This document shows, piece by piece, positions 1 through 9,929 of a stretch of DNA of 64,000 nt. The position numbers and the translations under genes are program-made. Location: positions 186,001 through 250,000 of the forward strand of contig OW569358.1 of assembly GCA_937625935.1 (NCBI GenBank). The letters are read 5' to 3'. A model generated the notes under the pieces. The model worked only from the letters and a program-made list of their open reading frames with translations, was not told where the DNA came from and did no database searches. Origin of the DNA: Tetramitus jugosus. Lineage: Eukaryota > Protista > Heterolobosea. How positions within the stretch are numbered: position 1 is the stretch's first letter; every line of letters begins with the position of its first letter.

Positions 1-2
1 CG

Positions 3-1715
3 TTGAAACAACATATTCTAGTTATGGAGAAGGAGTTAGAGAATCGAAAGTCTGACCTACTGAAATCATTTAGTCAGAGAGCTCTTCTTGAAGAAGCTAT
101 AGACAGTTCAACAGAAAAGAATCATGAGGTAGAGGAAAGATTGACTGATATTTTAGCAGAAAAAAGTTCTCATGAAGATACAATCCAGCGTCTCGATTTG
201 TCACTAAGACACACTGAGCAGATTCACAACGAACAGATTCAGAAACTTAGGGCAGAGAATGATGCAACAATCCAACAACTAAATAACTCGATTCAAACAC
301 TCCAAGACGAGAAAACACAGTTTCAGACTCGTCTTGAAAAGAAAGAGCAAGAAACACAGGAATTCAAACATCAACTCGAGGAAGCTTTATCGAACTACGA
401 AAAGTTGAACGATATGATGAATGATAAGGAATTAGAAATGATGAGAGTATCAGAATGTTCAAAGGAGGAGATTAGAGAATTAAACAATGATAACGCTCAA
501 CTTCAAGCACTTGTGCGAGAATCGAGACAGGAGATAGAATCTCTAAAAGAAAATCTGGAGCAACTGAGCCACAAAGACCTTTCTCAAAATGAAAGAGTTA
601 TCAGATATCAAAAGGAAATAGAGACGTTAAAAGCTTCCTACCAAGAATCAGAGAATACGAAGGCCATCTTGCATCAGGAGACTCTTAGTGCCATTAGAAC
701 CGCAGTTCAGGAACTCGAAAACGAGAGAGACAATCTTCGAACACAGCTGGAAAACGAAAGGAGTGACATCACGCGTCTAATGAAAGAATTAGAAGCGTTT
801 AGCCAGAGGGAGAAAGATAATATTGAGTTACAAAACGAGAGAGAAGCAACTTACAAAGAAGAGATCGTTTCTCTGCGAACAACATCCCAAGATCTTAACT
901 ATGAAAGGATTAAACTGGAAAAACGGCTGGAAGAAATTAATCAAAGAGACGAGTCCCAGAATGAAAAAGCAGTCGTTAGTCAACGAGAAATTGAAAACCT
1001 AAAGACTCGTGTGCATGAGGTCCAAGTTGAGCGAAGTGAATTGCGGACAAAAGTTGAAGAGTTGAAGCTGGAGACTGAATCACTTAGGGAAGAGATAGAT
1101 AGAATGAAGCAAAGAGAACAAACTGAGATAGAAGCTCACCAAATGAAAATAGCAAGTTATCATGAAGAAATTTCTCAACTTAAAACTTCTTTACAAGAGA
1201 TGGAAGGCAAGATTAGGACGAAGAAGAACAAGAAGAAATCCAAAGAGACTTCTGAAAGATCGGATAGCACCTCAACGATTTCAATACTTCAACAACAGCA
1301 AGTTCTTCAACAAGTTCAAGCACTTGTTTCTCACATTGAACGAACGAAGCAAGAGAAAGACACCATGAGAATAGCTCTGGACACCAAGGAACAAGAGTTT
1401 TCTATTCTGAAGAAGAGAATCGAACAAAAGGACAGTATTATCAACCTTTTGTACAATCAAATAAGCATCATTAATTCAGTGAAATCGGATCAGGCAGAAA
1501 AGATGCAGGGTGAATTGGATCAGTTGATGCACGTTCTGAACCAGAGCAAAAAGAACTTGATTTCGACACCACGTGGTGGTGGTAGCAGCAACACCAACAT
1601 CAACACCAACAACGAAAAGGTGTTGGACCACAACAATAATGAGAAAGAAAAAGAACAGAATACTCACAATGACGAACACCAAATGAACAACCAACCAGTG
1701 AGCTCCTCTGAATAA
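3..1715 (+). CDS. Long coiled-coil protein, 5'-truncated by the window edge
   Basis: 570-codon open frame from the window start; E/K/Q/L-rich heptad pattern; low-complexity N/H-rich tail. Confidence 0.8.
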   Translation: MKQHILVMEKELENRKSDLLKSFSQRALLEEAIDSSTEKNHEVEERLTDILAEKSSHEDTIQRLDLSLRHTEQIHNEQIQKLRAENDATIQQLNNSIQTLQDEKTQFQTRLEKKEQETQEFKHQLEEALSNYEKLNDMMNDKELEMMRVSECSKEEIRELNNDNAQLQALVRESRQEIESLKENLEQLSHKDLSQNERVIRYQKEIETLKASYQESENTKAILHQETLSAIRTAVQELENERDNLRTQLENERSDITRLMKELEAFSQREKDNIELQNEREATYKEEIVSLRTTSQDLNYERIKLEKRLEEINQRDESQNEKAVVSQREIENLKTRVHEVQVERSELRTKVEELKLETESLREEIDRMKQREQTEIEAHQMKIASYHEEISQLKTSLQEMEGKIRTKKNKKKSKETSERSDSTSTISILQQQQVLQQVQALVSHIERTKQEKDTMRIALDTKEQEFSILKKRIEQKDSIINLLYNQISIINSVKSDQAEKMQGELDQLMHVLNQSKKNLISTPRGGGSSNTNINTNNEKVLDHNNNEKEKEQNTHNDEHQMNNQPVSSSE

Positions 1716-1946
1716 ATACAAGAGTGAGCTCGCGACTGCAAACAGGGAACAAAATAAAAACCTAAAAAATGCTTGTTTATTCATATGATCATCGATGTTG
1801 TAGGAAACTTGAAATAGACAACGCATATAGACCTTGGTGGATGTACAATGGAGAAAGAGTGGCAATAAGTATAAAGGACAAGCCATGTAAGACTGCTAGA
1901 ATATGAGATGAGCTTGAATTGTGTTTGTCATAATGGGAATAAATCA

Positions 1947-2210
1947 TCAGTTCAAGTTCAAGAATGCAGCTACACTGGTCGAAGTGCCATATGCCATCAT
2001 TTTTGGTTTTTGATAATCGGTGGAACAACTGAGAACTGAAGAGTGGATATTGTTTTTGTATTCTACTTCTTCTTCAGAAGAAGAAGAATTGTTGACGAGT
2101 TGTGAGCTCACCATGATGGTGGATTGATTGTTGTTTTCAAAGAGGTGAGTGGAGGATTCTTCATATTCGTCCCTAGTTCTCTTCTTAGTCATTCTGTACG
2201 GGTGATTCAT
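1947..2210 (-). CDS. Small hypothetical protein (87 aa, S/N/E-rich, basic KKRTR patch)
   Basis: ATG in A-rich context (aaaccATG) like other genes here; composition typical of this genome; no recognised domain. Confidence 0.45.
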   Translation of the reverse strand: MNHPYRMTKKRTRDEYEESSTHLFENNNQSTIMVSSQLVNNSSSSEEEVEYKNNIHSSVLSCSTDYQKPKMMAYGTSTSVAAFLNLN

Positions 2211-2294
2211 GGTTTTAGAATTTATTGTATTGTGTTTGACAGGACGACAGTTTTTGGTTTTCGAAAAAAAGAAATCTCGAGCGAAACTAAAACT

Positions 2295-2365
2295 TGCCGC
2301 CTACCGGAATCGAACCGGTGTTGCGGGAGCCACAATCCCGTGTACTACCACTATACTAAAGCAGC
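2295..2365 (-). tRNA. tRNA-His (GTG), intronless
   Basis: Reverse complement GCTGCTT-TA-GTATAGTGGTAGTAC-A-CGGGA-TTGTGGC-TCCCG-CAAC-ACCGG-TTCGATT-CCGGT-AGGCGGC-A folds as a cloverleaf; A73 and no encoded G-1 (eukaryotic type); TTTT a few nt downstream. Confidence 0.96.
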
Positions 2366-2396
2366 TGACATGTAATTCTCCGATATCATCTTTTAC

Positions 2397-2571
2397 ACGC
2401 TTTCGATGTGCGTAACGCTCTCCGAGCGTTACTGAAAGGTAAGACAAGTGCCGCTCTGCGAGCGGCACAATGAGTATAAGTGAAACAAATGGAAAGAATG
2501 ATAAACAATAAAGTGAGCAACTGCGCGTTGTATCAAAAAAAAAAAAAAAAAAAAAACGCTTTCGATGTGCG
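2397..2571 (+). mobile_element. Short poly(A)-tailed retroposed insertion (5'-truncated non-LTR element or SINE-like) with target-site duplication
   Basis: Direct repeat (A)CGCTTTCGATGTGCG at 2397-2412 and 2556-2571 flanks 2413-2555; AATAAA at 2507-2512; A22 tract at 2535-2556 abutting the right repeat. Confidence 0.88.
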
Positions 2572-2873
2572 CAAATGATATTGTTATTGGGCTCATATCT
2601 TCAGGTGTGGGCTAAGAATGCGCAGATTCAACAACACAATGGAGAAGAGTATCTTCTCACCATAATTGTGAGTACAATCACTATTTGTGAAATCTTTGCG
2701 AGAAATGAAAAGTAACGGAGAAAATGCTCGCCGAAAATAAGAGGTTTTGCGCAAAACCCTTCTTTGAAGTTTCGTTTTCTTAGTTCTCAATTCCAGCAGC
2801 TTCTGGATCTGCACGAAACAATTCCTTCTCGGTCCAGCAACAAAATTCACACAAAAAAGAAAGAAGCACACAG

Positions 2874-4605
2874 ATGTCTCACGGGTTCAATATGATGAAA
2901 GGTGGAGGCTTTCCTCCAAGTCATGGCATGATGTCTCAGATCAACATGACCGAGTTGTCTCAAATTTACAATGCAACGTCCTTGGGAACAAGCACACTTG
3001 GTTTGCTCATGTATCCAAACACCTATCTACTCACTCTGAAGTGGTTTATGAACACTGTTGTCGCAGTCATGTTTGGAAACGACTTTTTCGCTGCGGGTAT
3101 CCTTCTCATGATCATAAACTCCATGATTGCCACGGTCCAGAGATTGATCTGGAAAATATTGTCTTTCATGGGCTCAAAGTTTGTCTCTTCTGTTACGATT
3201 CCATCTCATGATGAGTCGTATCAATGGGTTCTGAAATGGCTCTCTCATAAGGGATACACACAATCTTGTCAAGACTTAGAGATTCAATCCTCGTGGAACA
3301 AGAAGGGACGCAAGGCAGGCTTGGAGTATGCAAGGCATAGACACCCTAGACACTCGCTTAGGGAAGATGACAAGAAGCGCCCAGATGTGTTGCTGGCACC
3401 TGCAGATGGAACTCATTTCTTCACATTCAAGGGCAGACTTGTTTGGTTCTACAGAGGTCAACGAAAATCGAGCTCCTTCAACCTAAATCCATTTAATCAA
3501 ATGGGCAATGCTCGATCTTCTTCCAACGATGAGCAGCAGGATATTGTTCTCTACATCATTGGTATTTCTCCCAAGGAAACCCTGTTGTCCATTATCGATG
3601 ATGCATGTGAACTTAACTATCTGAACAAGGACAAGAAGACGACCATCTATACGGCAGCTACAGAATATAGGGGATGCTGGGAGAGCTCAACAGAGAAGAA
3701 CACCAGAGAACTAGATTCTGTCATATTACCTTCTGAAACAAAAGCTGCCATTCTCAATGACATTCAGGCATTTAGAGACAATGAAGAATGGTACAGACAG
3801 TGTGGTGTGCCATATCGACGTGGTGTCTTATTCTACGGACCTCCAGGCACAGGAAAGGTATGAATAGTAACTTTTTTTGTAATTGCATTCCCATTCATGT
3901 ACTGACACCAATATATAGAGTAGTACCATTGTTGCTTTGGCAGGTAAGCTCGAGATGAATGTGTGCATCATTTCTCTTTCATCTCCATCCATGTCGGATG
4001 AACGCTTGCAAGAACTGATGAATCAAGCTCCATTGAACAGCTTGTTTCTATTGGAGGATGTTGATAGCGCATTCAAAACCAGAGAAGAACCTGTTGCTCC
4101 AGTGGATGAACTGAATCGATCCAGATTCCATCCTAGAATGCCCACTGGTGTTACCTTTGCTGGTGTGTTGAATGCTATCGATGGTGTGAATGCTCAGGAA
4201 GGTAGAATCTTGTTCATGACAACAAATCATTTGGACAAGTTAGATCCTGCTCTCATTCGTCCAGGCAGAGTCGATCTACGAATTCATTTCGCTCTAGCCA
4301 CGCAAGAGCAAATCAAAAATCTGTTCATCAAGTTCTTCCCTTCGGAGGTTGAAGTTGCGAGCGAATTGTCACAACTCATCCCAGATCAAACTCTCACACC
4401 TGCACAACTACAAGGATTCTTCTTGGCTCATCGACAGAATCCAAAGGACGCAATCAAAGATCTTCCCCAATTCTTGGAAGAATGTGCAATGCAAAATTCA
4501 AAACCCGAGAACATTAGTGCACCCGTTGTTGTTAAAGAGCCTAAACTCTCAAAAGGTTCCAAACGCATCGCCAAACAAGCCACCGAGGAACATGTAGATG
4601 AATAG
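2874..4605 (+). CDS. BCS1: Mitochondrial AAA chaperone BCS1 (2 exons; intron 3858-3918)
   Basis: BCS1_N motifs (SYQWVLKWL, PADGTHFF), GVPYRRGVLFYGPPGTGK|SS Walker A restored by splicing, LLEDVD Walker B, MTTNH..LDPALIRPGRVD; intron GTATGA...TACTGAC...TAG. Confidence 0.95.
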
Positions 4606-4638
4606 ATATAAAACCACTTCTTGTGTGCTCAATTCTTC

Positions 4639-5682
4639 TTAGGTAGAACTACCTTGCACCAACGCCTTTATTTTATGACCTTCTCTCATCTTTTTCACCA
4701 CACTCAAAATGTATCGCTTGTTCTGATCTGACACTTCCTCTCCGAATATCACTCCCTTTGGTCCCTCCGCGAAAAAGAATTCACCCTTGGACGCCAGATA
4801 GAGAATCTCTGGTGCGTGACCATAGATGGCAATCAAATCTGCAACCACTTCCAAGGCAGCACTATTGCTCTGACTCTTCTCATCCAAGTTGACATAGGGA
4901 ACATAGATGAAATCGTTGCCCCATGCATCCTTGACCTCTACATTGTCCAACAGTGGTGCCTGAAGAGGATGCACACCAGTTTCTGCATGGAGCAACATCA
5001 ATGCCTGATTGGCCAAATGAAGTTGAATCTTTGTGAATTGAACGCGACTCGAAAACAACTTTTGATGGTACAGCGAGGATGTCAGAGAGGAGAAAGTGAC
5101 GAGAATGGAGATGGCAATCAACATTTCAATCAAATTAAAATCATGTTGCTGTTTCATCGATTGTCGCCGCTGTTGCATGTAGTAATGAATTTTTTGTCGA
5201 ATGAGATTGTACAGTCGGTTTCGAATCGTATTATTGGAGGAGGCAGATGATGACGATGATGATGAGTAGTATGAGGAGCATAAAACATAGATTACAATGG
5301 GAGTAGAGCAGGACAGTAATGGAACAATGATGCGCCTTAGAATTCGAACACATTGATGAACAAATTGTTTTACAACGACAATCACGGATGAAGAAGCACT
5401 GTTGTTGCTCATTATTATGGATGATGATGATGATGATGCAATGGAAGGTAATTCGTGATGAAAAGTCTTTCGTTCGTCACTTTCGATCACTGTTCGATAA
5501 TATTGAGTGAATTTGTCTTCGATTTGTTGCATGCACTGAGCATCAATTCTGTTCATCATTTTTCCTGCATTGGCACAACAATTGTCATCATTTCTGGCTG
5601 TGTTAGTATTGTTTTGAGTATTTGTTGTTGTTCTTGTGGTGGAAGATTGTTGAGCAAGTGGATTGATCGTAAAGTGAAACAT
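4639..5682 (-). CDS. gspG: GspG-like type II secretion pseudopilin with long N-terminal extension (mitochondrial T2SS-derived system)
   Basis: Type IV pilin-like helix D-FNLIEMLIAISILV (F+1, E+5) at residue 182, then ALMLLHAETGVHP (cf. ALxxYxxDxGxYP) and KDAWGNDFIY (cf. DPWGNxYxY) of the T2SSG domain. Confidence 0.85.
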   Translation of the reverse strand: MFHFTINPLAQQSSTTRTTTNTQNNTNTARNDDNCCANAGKMMNRIDAQCMQQIEDKFTQYYRTVIESDERKTFHHELPSIASSSSSSIIMSNNSASSSVIVVVKQFVHQCVRILRRIIVPLLSCSTPIVIYVLCSSYYSSSSSSSASSNNTIRNRLYNLIRQKIHYYMQQRRQSMKQQHDFNLIEMLIAISILVTFSSLTSSLYHQKLFSSRVQFTKIQLHLANQALMLLHAETGVHPLQAPLLDNVEVKDAWGNDFIYVPYVNLDEKSQSNSAALEVVADLIAIYGHAPEILYLASKGEFFFAEGPKGVIFGEEVSDQNKRYILSVVKKMREGHKIKALVQGSST

Positions 5683-5748
5683 GTTTGATGATGATGTTGT
5701 TTCTGGTTTTGTGCTTTTATTTTTTTTGTGTTTCTGATTGAAAGCTTT

Positions 5749-6625
5749 TTAGTTTTGCTTGGTTGATTTAGCTGCCTGATTTTGACGATCAGCCAACGTG
5801 AACAATTGTTCGCCAGTGGTGCTCACACTGACTCGTGCTGGAGTATTCTTTGCAACTGAATGACTTGCTGATGGCCCAAGGTTGATTCTTCTGAGCTCTG
5901 GCAACACACTATGTTTGATATGAGAAATATGGACATTAGCATGCCACAAAACAATGAATCATACAAGTTGAACAACAAAAACAAGGTACATACAATTGAA
6001 TTGAAATAAATAATCCCAAAACGAGAAACAAGAGCATAAACACATGAAAGATGGGAACTTTTGGCAGATAATACATGTAAACTAATGATGCCAAAAGAGC
6101 AACCAAGACAACATAAAAGAATGACATGGTTGATGGATGAACAGAGGAACCAGGCTTCAAAATAAAACCAAGAGCTCCTTGCTTTAGCATTGGAACTTGA
6201 TCCAAAAAGCTTTCACTTGTTGTTGTTGTTGTTGTGCTCTTCACATTCGAAGCTTTTGTTGTCTTTTTCTTCAAAGTTTCTGTTGCTGTTGTTTTGGTTG
6301 TAGCTGTTGTTGTTGTTTTTGGTTTAGCTTGTGCCTTGTTGTTTGAGCTCTTTTCTGTAGTGGCGGCGCTGGCGGCAGGAGATTTTGTTGTGCTCGCTGC
6401 GATTTTTTTGTTGTCGGCATTATTTTGCACTTTGTTATTGGTTTGACTCTTGGTCGATGATACAGCGTTTTGATTCTTGTTCGTGGCAGTGGTACTGCTT
6501 GGTGTGGATTGCACGGTCACTGATGATTTGGTAGCAGTGGTTGTTGCTGGAGAAGACTTTTGTGATGTTGTGTTCACTGGTTTCTCATTGTTGTTCTTTG
6601 TGGTCGTCTTCTTGTTCTTTGTCAT
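5749..6625 (-). CDS. Pkr1-like ER membrane protein (V-ATPase assembly factor family) with long T/K/S-rich N-terminus; intron 5909-5993
   Basis: FILKPGSS followed by two TM helices with FHVFML; splicing GTATGT...TAG gives ISIQ-FVLPELRR, resembling the Pkr1 C-terminal pattern. Confidence 0.6.
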
Positions 6626-6785
6626 GATCGTGTTATTGTTGTTGTGCTTTGTGTGAATTTGATTCCGAAACTCTAACAAAGAAAGAAGAATAAATAATTT
6701 CACCGACTTGGAACATGAGATTGATCCTGTTGTCATCTTTGATTATCCTCGAGAAAAAATTTTCATTCAAACACAAAAGAGAATA

Positions 6786-8606
6786 ATGATCAACGTACAA
6801 CAACTCTCAAGACGCATTCTGATCAAACACCATGGTGCATCTCCACCGCTCATCACCACATTTCTTAATCTTCACCATGGTAGTGTTCGTCGTGGGTATA
6901 CCCACATGAATGATCGAAGAACAACCACCACGATCCTCACTGACAATGACAATGAAAACTATGATATCAACAATAACAATAAGCAGTATACTCGTAGTGA
7001 TGAGAGAGCAAGGAGAGAGAATCCAAACTTTCATTGGAGTGAATTCGAATATGAATTTAAACAGAAAAAGAAGAATGATTGGGAAAAGATTGCTCTGTTC
7101 GCTTGTCCCATCATCCTACTTTGTTACAATGCACTTCAATTACTCCGCAGTTTGAGTGAATCGGACAATGAACTGTGTCAGAACACGTATGATGATCTCG
7201 TTAGACTTTTTAAGCAGGCTCTGTTGAAAGAAGAGGAAGAAGCAATTCAAAGTGGTAGTAAGTTGAGTGAAGAACAGTTGATGAAGATTGGATATTGTTT
7301 GAGAAAGTTGATTCACAATGTCTTGTTGAATTATCACAGTAGAAGTGCTCTGGGAGAGGACAGTGAGTTGATTGAGTGCTTGACGAGATTGTCAAATACA
7401 GTGATAGACAGTCACGTAGAGAATAGTCAAAACGAGAAATCGGATGCTCATACCGTGTATTATCAATATATTTTGGAGCACATTTTTCAATTAACTTCGA
7501 TTATTAGCGCAAATCAGGTGAGAATGAGCGATCAATCCTCACACATGTTGTTAGACTCTTGCCTAAAGTCCATTTCTTCCTATTCAACGATTCCGCAATT
7601 CTCCAAAATGAATCCTTTCGTGTACAGCTTGCTCACTATGCACGAACTGCTGCGAGGCAATGAATCACTTGTCAAATATTTTTTAAAGAACAAGGGCATG
7701 GAACGCTTAGAGGAGTTCATCAGAAAGAGAAGGGAATTAGAGCTTGTCATTGAAGATAATTTGCAGAAAGCAGATGCTGAGGCGAAGCATCTGCTCGAAA
7801 TGAGAAGCAGAACACAACAGGAAGTTTCCAAGGAGAAAACCCAAGAGCTTGTCGACATTTCAAAAGATGTGAATACAAAGGCGTATGAAGAGCGAATGTG
7901 TATTTTAATGGTACTGTCACTGATTGCGAGCCATCCTGAGGCAAAGATGAAAGATTCTTTTCCATGTGTAAAGTTCTTGGTGACTAATTTGGGAGAAGGA
8001 AGCTTGTATGGCTCATCTCTTGCGGCTGAGGTACTACTCAAGTTAGGAGTGCCCTCAGATCCAAAGCAGAGAAAACCACAATTCGGTTCTCAACAATTGA
8101 ATCTCTTGTTATTCAATGGCACAGGCAAGGATATAAATTGCAATGCGGAGCTAGAGAAACTAAAGTTCCGAGCTTCATTCCTCAACATGAGTGCCTCTGA
8201 ACTTGATGCACAGCTTCAGAAGCTCTTAAAGATGTCAGAGGGCACATATGTTGAGCATTCTGTCCGAGCGCTCCTACTCAGAAACGGACAGGTTGAACAG
8301 ATTGAGGAAGAATATGAGAAAGCTTATCATCATCCAAGTGGCTATGGTGCCACAGACATTGATCTGTTGATCTCCAAGGTAGAGATTGCTCTGGCATTGA
8401 ATCATCTATCAGATGTATTTAAATATCTTCGACAGCTCCAAGGAATTGCTCCAAAACACCCTGTGGTATCTCAAGTCATCTTCGATATCTGTGAAGCGAA
8501 TCAAGAGTTGGTTCTCAGAGATGCTGCTATTAGAAGCGCTATATTCTCGTTGGATCAATATGATGCCTGTTACAAGGTTAAAGCGCTTCTTCGAGCCAAG
8601 AAGTAG
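6786..8606 (+). CDS. Hypothetical alpha-helical (ARM/TPR-like) protein with mitochondrial-type presequence and one TM segment
   Basis: Long ORF; MINVQQLSRRILIKH...VRRGY presequence-like start; hydrophobic IALFACPIILLCY; helical Leu-rich remainder. Confidence 0.65.
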   Translation: MINVQQLSRRILIKHHGASPPLITTFLNLHHGSVRRGYTHMNDRRTTTTILTDNDNENYDINNNNKQYTRSDERARRENPNFHWSEFEYEFKQKKKNDWEKIALFACPIILLCYNALQLLRSLSESDNELCQNTYDDLVRLFKQALLKEEEEAIQSGSKLSEEQLMKIGYCLRKLIHNVLLNYHSRSALGEDSELIECLTRLSNTVIDSHVENSQNEKSDAHTVYYQYILEHIFQLTSIISANQVRMSDQSSHMLLDSCLKSISSYSTIPQFSKMNPFVYSLLTMHELLRGNESLVKYFLKNKGMERLEEFIRKRRELELVIEDNLQKADAEAKHLLEMRSRTQQEVSKEKTQELVDISKDVNTKAYEERMCILMVLSLIASHPEAKMKDSFPCVKFLVTNLGEGSLYGSSLAAEVLLKLGVPSDPKQRKPQFGSQQLNLLLFNGTGKDINCNAELEKLKFRASFLNMSASELDAQLQKLLKMSEGTYVEHSVRALLLRNGQVEQIEEEYEKAYHHPSGYGATDIDLLISKVEIALALNHLSDVFKYLRQLQGIAPKHPVVSQVIFDICEANQELVLRDAAIRSAIFSLDQYDACYKVKALLRAKK

Positions 8607-8747
8607 AGAAGATAAAATGGCGCGAAAAGTCGTTAACTGCCCCTCAGTAATTTGAAGTCTAGTTTACGTTTTCATCACCAAAACAACATTGTCAACAACG
8701 ACAAACACATCAAAGAACTAACAACATAAAGAGATAACCGACCTACA

Positions 8748-9782
8748 ATGAACACAAATATTAACAACCATGGAACTGCAAACTTTCTATTGCTTGAAGA
8801 CTATGTCAAAACCCACATTGCCCGACCACCCGTCAAGGGAACAGGAAAGACTTCGAGACCAGATTATTCTTACCTTCCTAAATCCTCTGAATCTCCGTTT
8901 GGAGAGTTTCCAACAAGCTACACCAAGCCAAAGCTGAACAGGGAAACCACATTGAAGAGTGCTATGAACAATACCGCCACACAGGATTTAAGCAAGCATA
9001 TGCCTACAATTACATCACGTGGAACTATGGAATGGAAAGCTAAAAAGTCTGGAAATGGAGGAGCGTCTAGCTCTTTGATGGAGGGAAAGAAGCCACTCGA
9101 CCCACCAAGGCCCATCGCAGGAGCATTGGAAAGAAGACCCATTCCACCAACACAGTTCCGAAGATTTTATGACCGCGGCGATCTCCCAATTTCTATTGAC
9201 CATCAAGGAACAGGCAATGTGCTTCACTGGAAAGTGAGTGCTGAAAAATTGGATTATCATCACTATTTGCCAATCTTTTTTGATGGACTGCGAGAAAAGG
9301 AGGAACCATACCGATTCATGGCTGTTCAGGGAACATTTGATCTGTTGGAAAAAGGCAAGACAAAGATCGTAAATTGTATTCCTCAGCTCATTATTCCAAT
9401 CAAGAGTATGTATAATTACGCCGTTTTCTGATTGATATCAATACAATACTTACAATCAAATTCTATTGTAGCTGCGTTGAACACCAGAGATCCAGAGATC
9501 ATCTGTACAATGCTGAAAGTGATTCAGCAGTTGGTTATGTCTAACAATATGGTTGGAGAAGCTCTTGTGCCATATTATCGACAAATTCTTCCAGTTCTCA
9601 ATCTCTTCAAAAATAAGAATGCCAACAATGGTGACGCAATTGAGTATGCACAGAGAAAGAGATTAAATATGGGCGATTTGATTGAGGAGACTCTACAACT
9701 ATTGGAGATGGAAGGTGGAGAGGATGCTTTTATTAACATTAAATACATGATTCCTACATATGAATCATGTGTATTGAACTAA
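8748..9782 (+). CDS. PACRG: Parkin co-regulated protein PACRG (axonemal inner junction); intron 9406-9471
   Basis: [36 protein letters not shown]|[37 protein letters not shown]. Confidence 0.96.
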
Positions 9783-9929
9783 CAAAAGCATCCCAATGCC
9801 ATCAAGTATTTATTCGGGCAGTTTTTTGTAAATAAAGGCGTCACCTTGCAAATTCACACTTGGCCCCAAAACACAAATTCCGGAGTATCTACAGACAAAG
9901 CACAAACTAAAAACGAACAGACACAGTAG

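Noticed and set aside
1789-2210. Antizyme-like +1 frameshift joining the two overlapping minus-strand ORFs
   Set aside because: ORF1 does not end in a TCC-TGA-type site and the downstream frame has no antizyme similarity; it reads like 3' UTR.
2432-2486. Hammerhead ribozyme in the inserted element (CTGAAAG ... hairpin ... GAAAC)
   Set aside because: The core needs CUGANGA directly flanking stem II with GAAA immediately after it; here it is CTGAAAG, the spacing is wrong and stems I and III are not evident.
2413-2555. tRNA-derived SINE
   Set aside because: No internal A/B boxes in the insert; the neighbouring tRNA-His is intact, on the opposite strand and outside the TSDs.
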